Source: Paraspadella gotoi (taxonomy: Eukaryota > Animalia > Chaetognatha). From it: DNA of 64,000 bases. Each line of letters begins with the position of its first letter. Position 1 is the first letter of the stretch. Position numbers and translations under genes: made by a program. The notes under the pieces are model-generated. The model saw nothing but the letters and a program-made list of their open reading frames with translations, made no database searches and was not told the origin of the DNA. The stretch spans positions 15,223,921 through 15,287,920 of the forward strand of contig CM119270.1 in NCBI GenBank assembly GCA_051294375.1, in the 5' to 3' direction. Below are positions 1 to 13,554 of this stretch, one piece after another.

Positions 1-632
1 CTTGTTGTTGCTGTTTGTTGAAGCCTTTGAACAGTTTGCTGTTGGCCGTCAACGATTTGTATTTTAATTGAAACATGCTTTTCTTATTCATCTCTCACTC
101 TCTCGGTTCTTATCTCGGATCATCTGTGAAGGGACGTGAATGGGATCACAAAAAAACAGTGTCACGCAATGACTCTCCCCCCCCCCTCGCGCACAAAAAA
201 AAAAGAAGACAGACAGCGAATCGAATTTTCATTTTTTAAAGGAAATATAAAAAAGTAAATAAAAAAAAAAGATTTGTTTATTTTGAGATTCGATTCTTCT
301 CTTCTCTTTCTGAAGCGACGAATTTGAGCGAGGAAGAATCGAACTGAAAAATCCGCGTAAAAATCGAAAAAAGGCGTGACGCCACAAAAACAAAAAAAAT
401 CGCTCCGAGTGTCTCTCTCTCTGTCTTTCTATCTCCGACACTCTCTCTCACTCTCTTCCTCTTCTTCTTCTTCTTTTTCTTTTTCTCTTTCGTTTTTCGC
501 ACTCACCCTCTCTTACTTTTTTCCCCTTCATTTTAGTTTGATTTTTTTTATTTCTTTATTTTCGTGAGTTAGAATCATTAAATACGATTTGTTTTTCTTT
601 CGAGTAGTTGTTTTATTTTCTTTTTCCGTTCC

Positions 633-672
<40 letters not shown>

Positions 673-1221
673 GGATAGAAAAAAAACAAATACAGGAACA
701 GGAAAGAAAAAACAAGAAATCGACGCAAACGCATCGCACGCATCGACGCCATTCCATGTACGCTAGTTTTTATTTATTAGTGCGCGAAAAAACTGCCGGG
801 GGGGGGGGCAACGATAACGATGACTGAGCAGACGATTTTACTGACGATTCTTCTGGTTTGGGTCGCAGTCTTTGGGTCGGAAGGTCTCCGGTTCAGAACC
901 CGGTTCGTGATATTTTTGGTCCTTGGACCTCGTATTTCGATAGTGATTGATTGTAAAAGCGGAGCAACAAAGTTTTCGTCAACATTTTGTTACACTTGAT
1001 TTTACCGTTGGAACGGCAACAACAACAACAATAACAATCTCAGAACAAGAAACAGTGTCTCCCAGTTTTAAATCCGGTTTTCGCCCTCAGAAAATTCTCT
1101 CTCTGTCACTGACTCTCTCTCACTCTGACTCTCTCCCGACATATGTAGAACGTGTTTTTCTCGTCTGCCTGGGATAAGTTGCTTTCTGTCTCAATCTTAA
1201 TATCTGCTTTGTCTCTGTCTG

Positions 1222-1318
<97 letters not shown>

Positions 1319-1321
1319 TAG

Positions 1322-1548
1322 GAGATCAAGGATCGTGAGCGCGTGAGGGGCAAGGCTTTTCAACTCTCGTCGTCATCCTTTACGCCGGAAGAGGTCGGCG
1401 CGTCGAGGAGCCCCGATGGCGCTGCGGGAGGCGCGATGAGGACGCCGCCTTCGGCCTCTTCGGCGCCCGAGGACGAGTCGGCGTCCGACGCGATTCAAAA
1501 AAGGTCGTTGACTCAGATCGATCGGATCGGAAAGAGCGGAGAAAAAAG
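1322..1548 (+). CDS. Candidate internal coding exon of an unidentified gene
   Basis: (CT)n...cccgtag| acceptor and AAG|gtaagt donor around a GC-rich open frame EIKDRERVRG...DAIQKRSLTQIDRIGKSGEK. Partner exons not identified. Confidence 0.38.
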
Positions 1549-1581
1549 GTAAGTACTTCGGTCGCGCAGCGGGTGAGAAAG

Positions 1582-1631
<50 letters not shown>

Positions 1632-4600
1632 CCGAGAGGAGAGACGAGAGAGAGAAGAAGACAGACGCTGAGAGCAGAGAGGAGAGACCAGACAGAGAGC
1701 GCTCAAGTTTCCGGGACGACGGTTGCGACGATGACGGCGACGAAATCAACGTTACGCCGACGATGACGTCTGGATCGGAGAAGTGGCGCTGGAACACGTG
1801 ACGCCGACGACGCCGACGACGCCGCCAGCGCCGACGACGACGACGAAGACGACGAATCGTGCATCCTGTTTTGAGAATTTTCGTTTTATTTTTTTTCTTT
1901 TGTTTTTTTTTTTCTGTTTTCTCTTTTTTATGTTTTATATTGTTTCCTCTTTCTTATTTCGAGAGTAAGTCACGTTTCTCGACTTTGTTTCGCGTCTTCC
2001 AGCCGAAGAAAAAAAACCGATTTATATCGAATTTATTAGACGGAATTCAACGGGAATTAGTTTAAGTCTTTTTAGGTGAGGACGAGAGAGAAATAGAGAG
2101 AGAGTGCCTCACCAAAACTGCTTAGTTCTCTTGGCAGAATCGTGGACGTCGTCGCCGTTGTCGTTGACGACAGAATTAGAATCAACCTGAGCAGCTTATT
2201 TTCGTGTCCGCCAGGGGGTAGGTGATCGAAGAACGAGGGTTAGTCACGGGTAAGAGTGTTACCTTGATAAGCCGGAGAAAGGTAAGGGATCTCTTGACGA
2301 AGGCGTGGGAAGATGGGGCGATGGGCTGAGATTCAACTGTCGTTGTTAAGGGGCAGGGGCGTCTCGAAGGGAAGGTCGACAAGAGAACCGTTTTTTTGAA
2401 GATTTGGAATGTAGCTATGAAGTTTTTGCTTTAGTTGGTTTTTAGGTTTTAGGTCACGTTATATATCGATGTTGTTGTGGTGGACGTAAATATGTAGCTT
2501 GACGTAAAGGAATGGGAGAGTCTCAATCTTTTTTTTTTTTTTTTTTTTCAAACGCAGTCTCATAAATAAAAAGATCTAAAAGGGGAAAGAATGGTTTGGA
2601 AAAAAAAAAAGGTAACTTTTAGGAACGAAATGTTTACGCGGAGTTTGTTTGTTTGTTTACTTCCCCGTTGGTAACGAAGGATTTTTTTCTACAAACGAAG
2701 ACGGAATAACGAGGAGGTCGGTCGGTCATACAATCGATGCCGAAACGAAGAAAGAAAGAGTCCAGGCTGAACATCGTTTTAAAAACTGAATTAAAAAAAC
2801 AAAACAAAAACAACACAGAGTCGAGTTGTTGTTTTTCTCTGTCGTCAACGATGATTTTCGCTCGAACGAAAAAAAAGAGGAATTGATTTTCGTTGCCCAG
2901 GCGATATATCTTCCGTGTCCTTTCTTTTCTTCGTTTTTCAGGGTACGAGAGAGAGAGAGAGATGGAACTCTCGAGATGGAATCGTCTCTCTCTCTCTCTA
3001 TGAGATTATTTTTTATCCGCTCACGCGAGTCTTCGGTTTGGAGTCAAAAAAAGTCGTCCCGAGCAAAAACGAGAGCGGAAAGGAGGCGTGGAAGGATAGA
3101 GAGATGGAGAGGTTGATTTTGTAAGGAGTGGGAGAGAGAGAGAGAGAGAGAGGCGGGGACAATTGAGCGCTGAAAATAAGGAGTGGGGAAAAAAAGAAAT
3201 TTAATATTAGTTTCGTTTAATTTTTTAATTTTAGATTTGAACGAACGAAATCTCGGCACCGGAAGTCGTTGCATCGAATCCTTTCCGTCCAAGGGAACCA
3301 AAATAATCTTAACGACGGAGAGATAGAGAGATAGAGAGAGAGAGACTGAGAGAGAGAGAGAGAGACAAATTCTTTACAGAGCGATGGGATAGGGTAGGCA
3401 AAGAGGGGGACGAGATGACAGTTTGCACCGATAGAGGGACGAGCGTCGATGCGTGAGTCAGTGCTTGGAATCGGGAAGATGAGTGGATGGAAACCGAACA
3501 AAAGGTCAGGTTCGAGGCTGATTTATTATTAAGAAAAAAATTTCGAAACCAATCTGTTGATGATAAATTTTTGAAATTTTAAACAAAATTATAACAAAAA
3601 CAGCTGTGAAACGATGCAGAGGTACGACAGCGACGTTCTTTTGTCTATCTCTCTCTCTCTCTCTCTCTATCTGTAGTTCTGTCTCTCTCTCTCTCTCTCA
3701 TCCCATCTGAGAATGGAATGTTATTTCCGTTGAACTCTGCTTCTCCACACGAACATCGAGTGGCGCACCTCGTATTGAACCAAATTTGCTGTCTAAGTTT
3801 CGACAAAAGACAGTGCAAATTTTTTTTAGATAAAGTTATGTATTCTGACAGAATTTCTGTCTTCATACAATTTTTGTGTGAAGATCTTAGCCTTAAGATT
3901 AAATCCTAAAGGTTATACACACAAACTTTAAGACAATATTTTTTTCTACTGTATATTTTCTTTGAGCGAGTTTTCTTTGTTCAACAAAACTAAAAAAATG
4001 TTAAAGATTTAACTATTATTGTTTGAACTATCGTGTAAACTATTAATGAACTACTTCTTTTGTTCGTCTCAAACTAATGCCTGAACATTGACTTTTTCAA
4101 CCGAATAAAAAATAAATCAAGTTAAATTTCCATTTTTAATAAAATAATCAAAAGTAGTAAGAATATGATCAAAAATTCGATTTTTTTTTTTTGCATCGTA
4201 ATACAGAACGAATAAGGATCGAATTGGAAGGCGGCGGCCTCAGCCATCACGGCGAGGGACGACCGCCATTCATTCCCCCCCCCTCCCGTCAAAATAATAA
4301 TAAAAATGCTGAGTATGAGTCCGAAGCATTCTCTTAAAAAAATGAAGTATATGGGATAAAATGGTACATTTAGACTAAAATGTTTTTTTTTTTTTGTTTA
4401 GCCATGTGTAAAAAAGTTACGGAAAAAAAATGCGAAGGAAAAAAAAAAACAACTAAAACGATCGAACGTCGGAATTTATTTTTTTTTCTAAAGAATAAAA
4501 ATTAAAAACTTGTTTTTGTTTTTATCAAATTGTACAGAAAACTGAAACTTAAAGAAAAAAAAAATCAAAATTTTTTCGATAATAAAATGCGAATAAAATA

Positions 4601-6480
4601 GGTTCTACTGTACAATCTCGATGAATAAGAAAGAATGAAGCCGAAAGTTCGACATAAACGGATGCTGAAAGAGAGAGAGAGAGAAGTAAAAAGAGTTTGT
4701 TCATATAAAAAAGAGCACATACAATATGTGATGGCAATTTTGTCGTATTAATCATAATAATAATAATATTGTAATATTTTGTTTTCCTTACAGGCAATCG
4801 TAAAGCAGGCAAACGGGTATAGAAATATATGATAGTAACAATGAAAAATGACTCGAAAAAAGTATAAAAAATTTTCCGTAATTGCTGTATTCGTTTATGT
4901 GCGAAGTAGAAACAACAGTCGATTGGTAAACCAATTGTAAAAGCGGATTGTTTGTTTGTTTGTTTTGCACCATAGACGTCGTCCTATTGTTTTGACAACG
5001 TCCTTAACAGATTTATGAAAAATATTTTGTTTTGGTGTCGATTTGAAAAATTCAAATATTCATTCTATATATCGATATATATATAGATACGCTTAAGTCG
5101 GATGCTAATTTTACAGAGTAAACCAAATTCATTACTATAATTTTTTTTTTCAAAATTAAAAAGAAATCGAGCAAATTGTAATCGGATTGACCGAGATTTT
5201 CGTATCACAATGCAATAATTATGTTTTTTTAAACTCACTTATTTTAACTGAAATAACGGAGAAAAAGTGTTTTTGTCTTATCACACTCTCACATAAAACT
5301 CAAATATAAGGGAACAAAAAAGTGATGCAACAATAATTTTGCCCAAATACATTTTTAAAAACAAATTCGGGAGAAATGCTTTAAAATACTTCCTTTGAAA
5401 ATGACACTGTCATTAAAATTTTTATTGGTTAACAATCATCAATTGTAAATAAAAAAATAACGTGACAGTAATTTGAAGTTAAACCCCATCAAAATAGTTA
5501 AGTACTCGCGTCAAGTAATAACTACAAAATTGTAATGATAACAAAGTAAAGTTGGATCACAAAAAAAGCATATAAGAAACAAAAGAATGCTTACTGTATT
5601 TTTTTTCTTAAATGCTGAAATGTAGCTGGAATGACGAAACACATTAACGACAAAACCTGAGAAATTCGGGTACAGTAAAGCGGACAATAAATGCAGATAA
5701 TTAAATTTTACTATTTATAAAGAAAAGAAGAATATATTGAACTGTCGGAGAACTAAAAACAAATCTTAAGCTTACTTACTTCTCTCCATAATCTTAAGGA
5801 TATACACTCGGAATCCAAAACAGACAAACAAAAGGTTAATAACAGAAAACGTGAATCTCTTTTGCGCTTTTGCAAGGAATCTGATAATTACGATTATTAA
5901 TTGGTTGGGCAAAGGTCTCTTAGTAAATCTTCTTTACTACTGAAAATGTTTATGAAAGTTAAAAAGTGGATAAGAAAAAACAGCTGATATTCAGTCTTAT
6001 TCGGAAATTAAATCAAATTGAAAAGGATTCACGTTTAAAAAAGAAAACAAACAAAATCGGCGCGTTTTTAACTCAGATAAATTTCGTCAAATAATGTTCA
6101 AATAAAAGTGCTTTGGGCTTCATAGTAAAAGACCCATTCAACAGTGAGAGGGAGAGAGAAAGAGATTGACTAAATAAATAAAGAACAAGGACTAAGTAAC
6201 TTGTTAAAGGTTCGTTTGTAAAAAGTGGACTAGTTTTTCTTGCGTTTTATGTCATTTTTTTTTGCGTGTAAAAAAAAAAAGCGACGGATCGAGAGAAACT
6301 CAATATTTTCTTCTGAATCCGCCCACAAATAACAGTAGGAATGCGTTTTCCATGTTTTCCATGTTTTCCATGTTACGCCACGGAAAACTTTAGCGATAAC
6401 TGTAAAAACATAGTAACCCGATGTGTAAGAGAGCGAGAAGGAGAATAGAGATGGAGAGAGAGAAGGAGAGAGAAAGGTAG

Positions 6481-6572
<92 letters not shown>

Positions 6573-6612
6573 TTCGCATAATATTTAGAAAAAATAATGT
6601 AAAAAGAATGAG

Positions 6613-6708
<96 letters not shown>

Positions 6709-8079
6709 GAATAACATGTAACGGTTTATTGCAAAATGACTCAAAGCATATTTACATTTTACATCGCAGCGAATAAAAGGAGAGAAAAATATGGAAAAAA
6801 AGTCGACGTCGCGATTGAAGCCAAATTCAGGCCAAATTCAGGCCAAATTCAGGCCAAAAAATTTCTTTTTAATGGAATGGGTTTCGTCACGCCTCTTTTT
6901 TCTACCATGGGTCGAAATTACAAAAACAAAATATTTTTTAATGATTGATTTGAGTGTTTTTTGTTTTTTTTTATTATTATGACGTTGAAAGTTCTATAAA
7001 ATTTCCTAGAATTTGCTTTCTTCATTAACGTTTATTCATAAATTAAAAGGATGAGTGTCGATGATTTTGCATGCAAAGTTCTAACCCTGGTAAACTCCAA
7101 AAGGGCGTGACCGTTTCTTCGGGCTAAACGCTCCGCCTTCATTGTTCTAGGGAAAAAAACCCTTTCGCGTTTCGTGGGGCCTGGGGGGGGGGATGCGGGA
7201 GAGGGGAAGAGCTGGGGTGGGAGGGGTGCTATAGAAACGCTCAACGTGAGTAGGTGGGGGGCGGAGAAAGGACAACGCATCAACGGGGAAGAGTGGGGGT
7301 TTATTCCAAAGGCACATTCTTACGCAACTCTTTGTCCAAAGTAAAAATGCATCGGGGGGTGTGGAAAGTTTTTTTTTTTTTTCTAAAGTCGGCAATCTTC
7401 AGAACCGCTGATTTCCTTTTCTTTTTGTTTTTAACCCCTAAAGTTTGGGGTTTAGAGAAAATTGGGAAGGGATTTTAGTTTTTCTATTCTAAATAATAAT
7501 AATAATAATAATAAAAAAAGATCGTTTCTCGTCTCCTTATATTTTTTTTAATTTCTAGTTGTCGTTGTTGTTCTCGGGATTTTTGGCTAATTGTTTTCCT
7601 CGTTCTTCTTCCTCGTTTCGCTCCTCCTCGTCCTCTTTAAGTGATTCGGGAGGTGATCGTCGAAGACTCGGGGGGATGAACTCTCGTTGCCCCAGGAAAG
7701 TATCCTTCCAGAGAGAGGAGAAGAAGAGAGGGGAAGTGAGATTGAGATGAGAGAAGAGAGAGAGGAGGAGAAGAGAGAGGAGAGAGAGAGAGAGAGAGAG
7801 AGAGTATTTTTTGGTCGTAGACGTAAATTAAAACTCGCTTTTGAATCTGATTGTCGGGGAGAGTCCCGAGTTGAGTGAAAGGTCAACCGAAAATATGCTT
7901 CCCTGCATAAAAGATCTAATTATAACCCCGCGCGCCTCTGTCTCCATCTCTCTCTCTCTCTCTCGCTCTCTATCCTTCGTTCTCTCTCCCTCGTAATCTT
8001 CCTCCTCCGTGATTTCCCTATTTCATTTTTCACAACTTCCTCTTTTATCTCTTTTCGTATCTGTGATCGAGACGTTTCA

Positions 8080-11000
8080 CTAGCAAGCGAGGTTCTGGTG
8101 AGCTTCTCCCAAGTGAATCTGGAAATTGTCCATCTCCATTGTGGTGAAAGAGCACATGGCGCATCGATAGACGGTGAGGGCGAGATTGGGGAGTTCGACC
8201 GAAGAGCGGGAGTCCTCTTCGTCCATCGGCGACGGACGAGCGTCGTCGTAGGTCGGCGATGGAACGGCTTCATCCGCGGCGTCTTCGACGGAGTCATTGG
8301 CGCCGGTTGTCGACTCGAGCGGCGTCGAAGTTTCCAAAAAGGCGCCGCTATGAGCATCCGATTCCAACATCCTCGTCGAAGCGCCCGATTCTTTCTTTGG
8401 AGCGCTCAAGTCCCTCGGACTCTCTGTAGCCGGCACTGCGGAAGTAACCGGCGTCGCTAGCGCCGCTCTGCCCGTCTCGCCTCCGCTCGCCGTCGCCAAG
8501 ATGCTCTGTCCAGAGTTGTCTGTCCCTCGAGCGATCGTCGATGTCTTGGTCACCAACGCGTTTCCGGTCGGGCCTTCCTCTTTCAGCAGATCCACGTTGC
8601 TCGGGTGGCCGCCGTGGAAATTGAGCATGTGGACGCGAAAATCGTCCCAGGAGGCGAAGGCCGGTTGCTTCTTGCAATACTGACACTCGAAGGTTCTGTC
8701 AGAATGTTGAGACTTCTGGTGTCGTTTGACGTTAGAGTACCAACGGGAGGCGTAGCTGCAGACGGAGCATTTGTACCATTCGCCCCCGGCCAACTTGATA
8801 GGCATCAACGGTGAAGAGCCAACGAGGCTCAACTGTGGAGTCGAAGAAGAAACTTGTTGGTGGCTCAAACCTTTCGTCGCCATTTTAAGACCATGGGTAG
8901 ACTCGTGAACCGCGTGTGCATTTCCGCTCGAAGAATTGATGATTGACTGCGCATGCGCGGAATCTCCCCCGACGTAGCCGGGATATTGCCCGTGCTGTGA
9001 GCTGTCTGGAGTGCTGTGCTTTAGCCTATGGTGTCTTCTGACGTTGGAAGACCACCTGGAGCAATAATCGCACATGGTGCATTTGAAAACCTCTCCGCAG
9101 GCAATGTAGGACCGTTCGTCAACATTGGAAGGGACTTCTGGCGTCAATGGTCCGGAGGAAGAGGCGGGAATGCTCGGATTGGAAGAGTCGCCGACGGATT
9201 GATCGGCGTTTGGCAAGACGTTGGGCGTTGGCGTAACCGAGACGAGCGAGGATCGCGGCGACTCGGCCGACGAGAGGGGTGGAGAGGCGATGTTCGCTGC
9301 CGCGGCAGCTGCGACGGCGGAATGCGCGAGAAACAATTCGGGTCTAGTCGTGAGCAGTCCCTGCAGTCGATCCGCTTCTCGCTGAATCAGACCTTGGAAT
9401 ATTTGAGCCTGCAAGATTTGGGAAAATGGAACGTTGGTGTCCGAGAGAACTCCGGAGGAAGGAATGGATTGGTTCGGGTCCAGGTAGAGAAGCGGCAGGC
9501 CCCTCTGGGCTTGAAGCAACTGGAGGTACGCATCGTCGACTGGGTCTATGTTCGAGGAGGGAGTGCTTCCCGTCTTGGAGGATGTTTCACTGAAGGAATC
9601 TCTCTTGGAATTCGTGCTTAGATCTTGCGGTTCTTCGTCGTCTTCCACGCGGGAACAACTTTCTTTTTTAAGATTCAAAGGTTCGGGAATTTCTTCGAAT
9701 TTTGGGTTCAATGGATCGCAACTCACAAAAGATTCGGCCAAACAACTTCTTTCACTATCGGCCGGCGACAAAACGTGTCTAATCTCGTCGTTTCCCTTCA
9801 TGGGTTCAGTGAGGACGTAATGCTTGTCGTACTCCAACTCTCTGTGAATATTTTTCACGTGACGAATCACGTTGCTCTGCCATTCGCTCTTGTAGCCGCA
9901 GATGGAACACACGTAGTCCTTGGGACCTGGTCCGTGATACTGGCTCTTATGGTTCCTCAAGGTGAGCACATTGTTGAAGACCTTGTCGCAGTAGTTGCAC
10001 TTCAAAGAATGAATCGACCCAGACTCTCGTCTTTCCCCGCTGCCTGCACCGCCGTCCTCGCCGCAACGCGTCGTCGAATCGGCGGAACCGTCTTCATCTC
10101 TCATCTCCACATCCTCTAAGTCGCCCTCGACCCTCTCCAGTTCCTCGTCCCTCTTCGACATGTCCATCGGCTCTCCCGTGAGCGCCTGGGACAATCGCAG
10201 AAACTCCACAGACGGGGATTTATTCGTGGGGAATGTTAGCAAGGCGTGTAGCATGGGAGGCGGTTGCTGCTGCTGCTGCTGCTGATGGGCGACGTTGGAA
10301 ACCGCTGCCAGATCCTTCTTGTGCAGCTTCATATGCCTAACGACATTGGTTCTCCACTCGCTGCGATAATCGCAGTGTTGACAATGAAAGAAGGTCCTAT
10401 CTCCATCTACTTTGGCGGGAATTTCTTCCGAAGGCCGCGGACCGGGTTTGTTGCGGTGCGGCGCGGATTTCTTGGTCACCGGCGTAGAATTCGTAGTCAG
10501 CGCCGACGCGATAGGCGCCAGTGAAGTGTCTCCCTCGACTCCGTCGCTGGAATTGGCGTACATGATCGCCGGAAAGACGGCGCAGACTCCGGCGCCTCTC
10601 TCTTCCTGAGGCGTCGTCTTGACCGCCTCGGGCGCCGCTCCTTTCAGGGGGATGCCTCCTGGCGGTCCGTTGGGAAACCATTTGTAGAACAGCTTCGACC
10701 CGCCCTCTAGCGAGTGGTTTTTCTTGAGGTGGCGCCGAAAGTTGCCCGACCAGTAGGAGTTGTAGCTGCACAACTTGCAGGCGAATTTCTTGACGCCGAG
10801 GTGGATATTCTCGTGGATGCGAAGAGGATAGACGTAGGCAAAGGACTTGGCGCAATAGCGACAGGCGTACGGTTTCTCCTTGTTGTGCATCCGCTCGTGG
10901 CGCAGGACGTTGTTGCGCCACGGGGATTGATACTTGCAAAACTTGCAATACCAGATGACGCCGGCTAGGGCGGCGTCGTCGCCGGAAGCGGAACCGACGC

Positions 11001-11230
11001 CGTTTCGTGAACTCTGAACCACGGCGTCGCCATCGACGATCGCATTCACGATGCATCCTCCTACCTCTTCCTCATCTCCTTCTTTCCCAGTCTCCTCGTC
11101 CACTTCTCGAGCCACGCCCCTCGTCTCCTCCCTCTCTCCTTCCACTTCCTCCTCCTCCGGCTCCTCCTCTTCCTCCTCCTCCCCCTCCTCCTTCGTGGTT
11201 CCGGAATGCACGTCCTTTGCCTCGCGATGC
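8080..11230 (-). CDS. Terminal coding exon (exon 7) of a multi-C2H2 zinc-finger transcription factor; carries 10 complete fingers
   Basis: Open frame of 1,043+ aa with ten C2H2 motifs (e.g. YACRYCAKSFAYVYPLRIHENIH, YVCSICGYKSEWQSNVIRHVKNIH). The track's 'M' is a GTG. A splice acceptor (tttccatttcattggcag|G, AG at 11232-11231) lies 19 nt upstream in a compatible phase. TAG stop at 8082-8080. Confidence 0.93.
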
Positions 11231-11333
11231 CTGCCAATGAAATGGAAAGGACGATGACTTCATTATTTCGCCAAAGGGCCAATGAACGGAAGTCTTTCTC
11301 GGCGACGGCCAATTAGAATGCGCTTTTTTTTTG

Positions 11334-11395
<62 letters not shown>

Positions 11396-11420
11396 TTTAA
11401 AGGTAATTTTCGTGACGTGA

Positions 11421-11509
<89 letters not shown>

Positions 11510-11686
11510 TCATCCTCCACCCGCCATTATTTTTTTTTCTTCGTGCCAATTTTATTCTCTTCCTCCCAGTTTTTATTTTTTTCCCCAACGTTTCGGCTTT
11601 TTTTTTCTTTGTTTTCATTTCCCCCCCCTTTTTATTTTTTCTCCTTAACTTTTCCTCTCCCTTTCGAATCTTCCTCACCAACCCAC

Positions 11687-12125
11687 CTGCTCTTATGATG
11701 GGAGTCGTGCTCGGGCAGAGTCTTGCTGAGTGGGAGCATTCGGAGCATTGAAAAGTTCCGCCGCCCCCGCGGCCGACGAAGCGGCCGTCAAAACTACCTT
11801 GCTTGGGCTGGAGCAGGGATGACGGCAGGAGGGAGAAAGAGTAAAGGGTCGTATCGGCGATGGTAAGGCGGGGGATTCGGTGGGCGGGTCGGTAGGGGTA
11901 ATGGGGGTGTCGGCAGGGGCGGCAGCGTCGGATGCGGGCACGAGACTGGCGGCGAGGGGCCCGGTTGTTTTCTTAATCTTCGCTGTTATCAAAGTCCCAT
12001 CGGAATCGTCGTTCCCTTCGTCTTCCGTTTCCTCTCCGCCGTCGCCGCCGCCCCGCCGCCCAGCGCAGCGGCTCCAGCGGCGGCCTCGGTCGTCGCTATG
12101 GTAATTGTTGCGTGGTAACCCGAGT
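11687..12125 (-). CDS. Coding exon 6 of the zinc-finger gene (frameshifted as assembled)
   Basis: Acceptor ttttcgttatcgcag| at 12126 and donor CAG|gtgggt at 11686. The 439-nt length fits phase 1 in and phase 2 out. Three successive 1-nt insertions give NSGYHATIT...GGDGGEETEDEG...ELFxCSECSHxxKTLPEHDSHHKSR|H, a C-x2-C-x12-H-x4-H finger completed across the junction with exon 7. Confidence 0.65.
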
Positions 12126-12219
12126 CTGCGATAACGAAAATGGGAAAAAGGGGCGGAGTGGAGGGGGAACGGACGAGGAGGGGGGGGAGTGGTATATAGA
12201 GGATGAAATTGTCGACTAC

Positions 12220-12316
<97 letters not shown>

Positions 12317-12576
12317 GTTTCGGTTTATTGTCCTCGTCGTCGTCGTCGTCGTCGTTGTCTTCCTCGTCGTTGTCTCGAATTATGATTGAGAATCAGTCCG
12401 CGGTGGATGCTGCACCAGTTGCGCTTGCGGCAGCGGCGGCGGCAGCAGTTACTGCAGCAGCAGCGCCCCCGTAACGTGAAGCCGTGATGCGGTCCGCGCA
12501 GCGTGATCGCTCTCATCCGCGATACGAAAAATTGGAAGGAAGCAGGAGAGAGAGAGAGAGAGTGAGTGAGAGAAAG

Positions 12577-12633
<57 letters not shown>

Positions 12634-12925
12634 CTGCTCTGAAAATCATAACGTGGAGATCAGTTTGATTCACTCCGCCTTTCTCTGAAAGTGAATGCGC
12701 TTTCAAAAAAAAATTAATTTTGGGCTCCTTTGTCTAGAGGAGAAGAGAAATTTATGAAGCCATATTGAATTAGGTTTTCTTTCTCGATACATGGTTTCAA
12801 CTGTAAAACATGTATATTTTATATTACCTTTATTTAAAGAAAATAGGGAAAAAAACGGAGAAACGTCGTCTTTGTTGCTCTACGCTGAACAATCATTCTG
12901 ACGTGATCTCCGGTCGTCTTCGCCG

Positions 12926-13056
<131 letters not shown>

Positions 13057-13554
13057 CATTAATGCGAAGGGAGCTTTGTCATCGAAAAACGTCGCCTTTT
13101 TGCCCTAATTTTTTTTCCCCTCGACCTTCGCCGTTTTCCTCGCAACTTTATATATTTTTTTTATTTTATTCATTATTTTATTCTTATTCTTATATTTCCA
13201 TCTCCCTTTTTCTTCTTTTTCCTCCATCTCTTCATCCGTCCTTCCAGTTTTCTTCCTCCCTTTCCTCCGTTTTCGCGTCACTCCTTCCTTTTTCCCGGAT
13301 TCCCTGGCGACGTGTCTCGCCCCCGCTTTCCTCCTTTTTTCTTTCCTTTCCTCCCCTTTTCCTCTCCTTTCCTCCTCTTTCTCTCTCNNNNNNNNNNTCT
13401 CTCTCTCTCTTTAGCCTCGAGAGCGCAGAAATGCCACGATGTTATTATTACCCGACTGAAGCGTCGAGGTCGGCATCTCTTTTTCTTTTTCTTTTCCTCG
13501 TTCCACTTGTTCCTCGACGCTTTTCCTTTCCTCCGCCAGTCATTCCTCCCTCCG

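Noticed and set aside
1510-1545. IDRIGKSG similarity to natriuretic peptide (IDRIGAQSG)
   Set aside because: Both ring cysteines and the CFG motif are missing; likely coincidence.
8098-11257. Plus-strand and alternate-frame ORFs overlapping the large zinc-finger exon
   Set aside because: Shadows of a GC-rich coding exon with no independent motifs.
12325-12520. Ala-rich/Asp-rich GC patch in intron 5 as an extra exon
   Set aside because: The most protein-like frame has an in-frame TGA and there are no convincing splice sites; the gene phases close without it.
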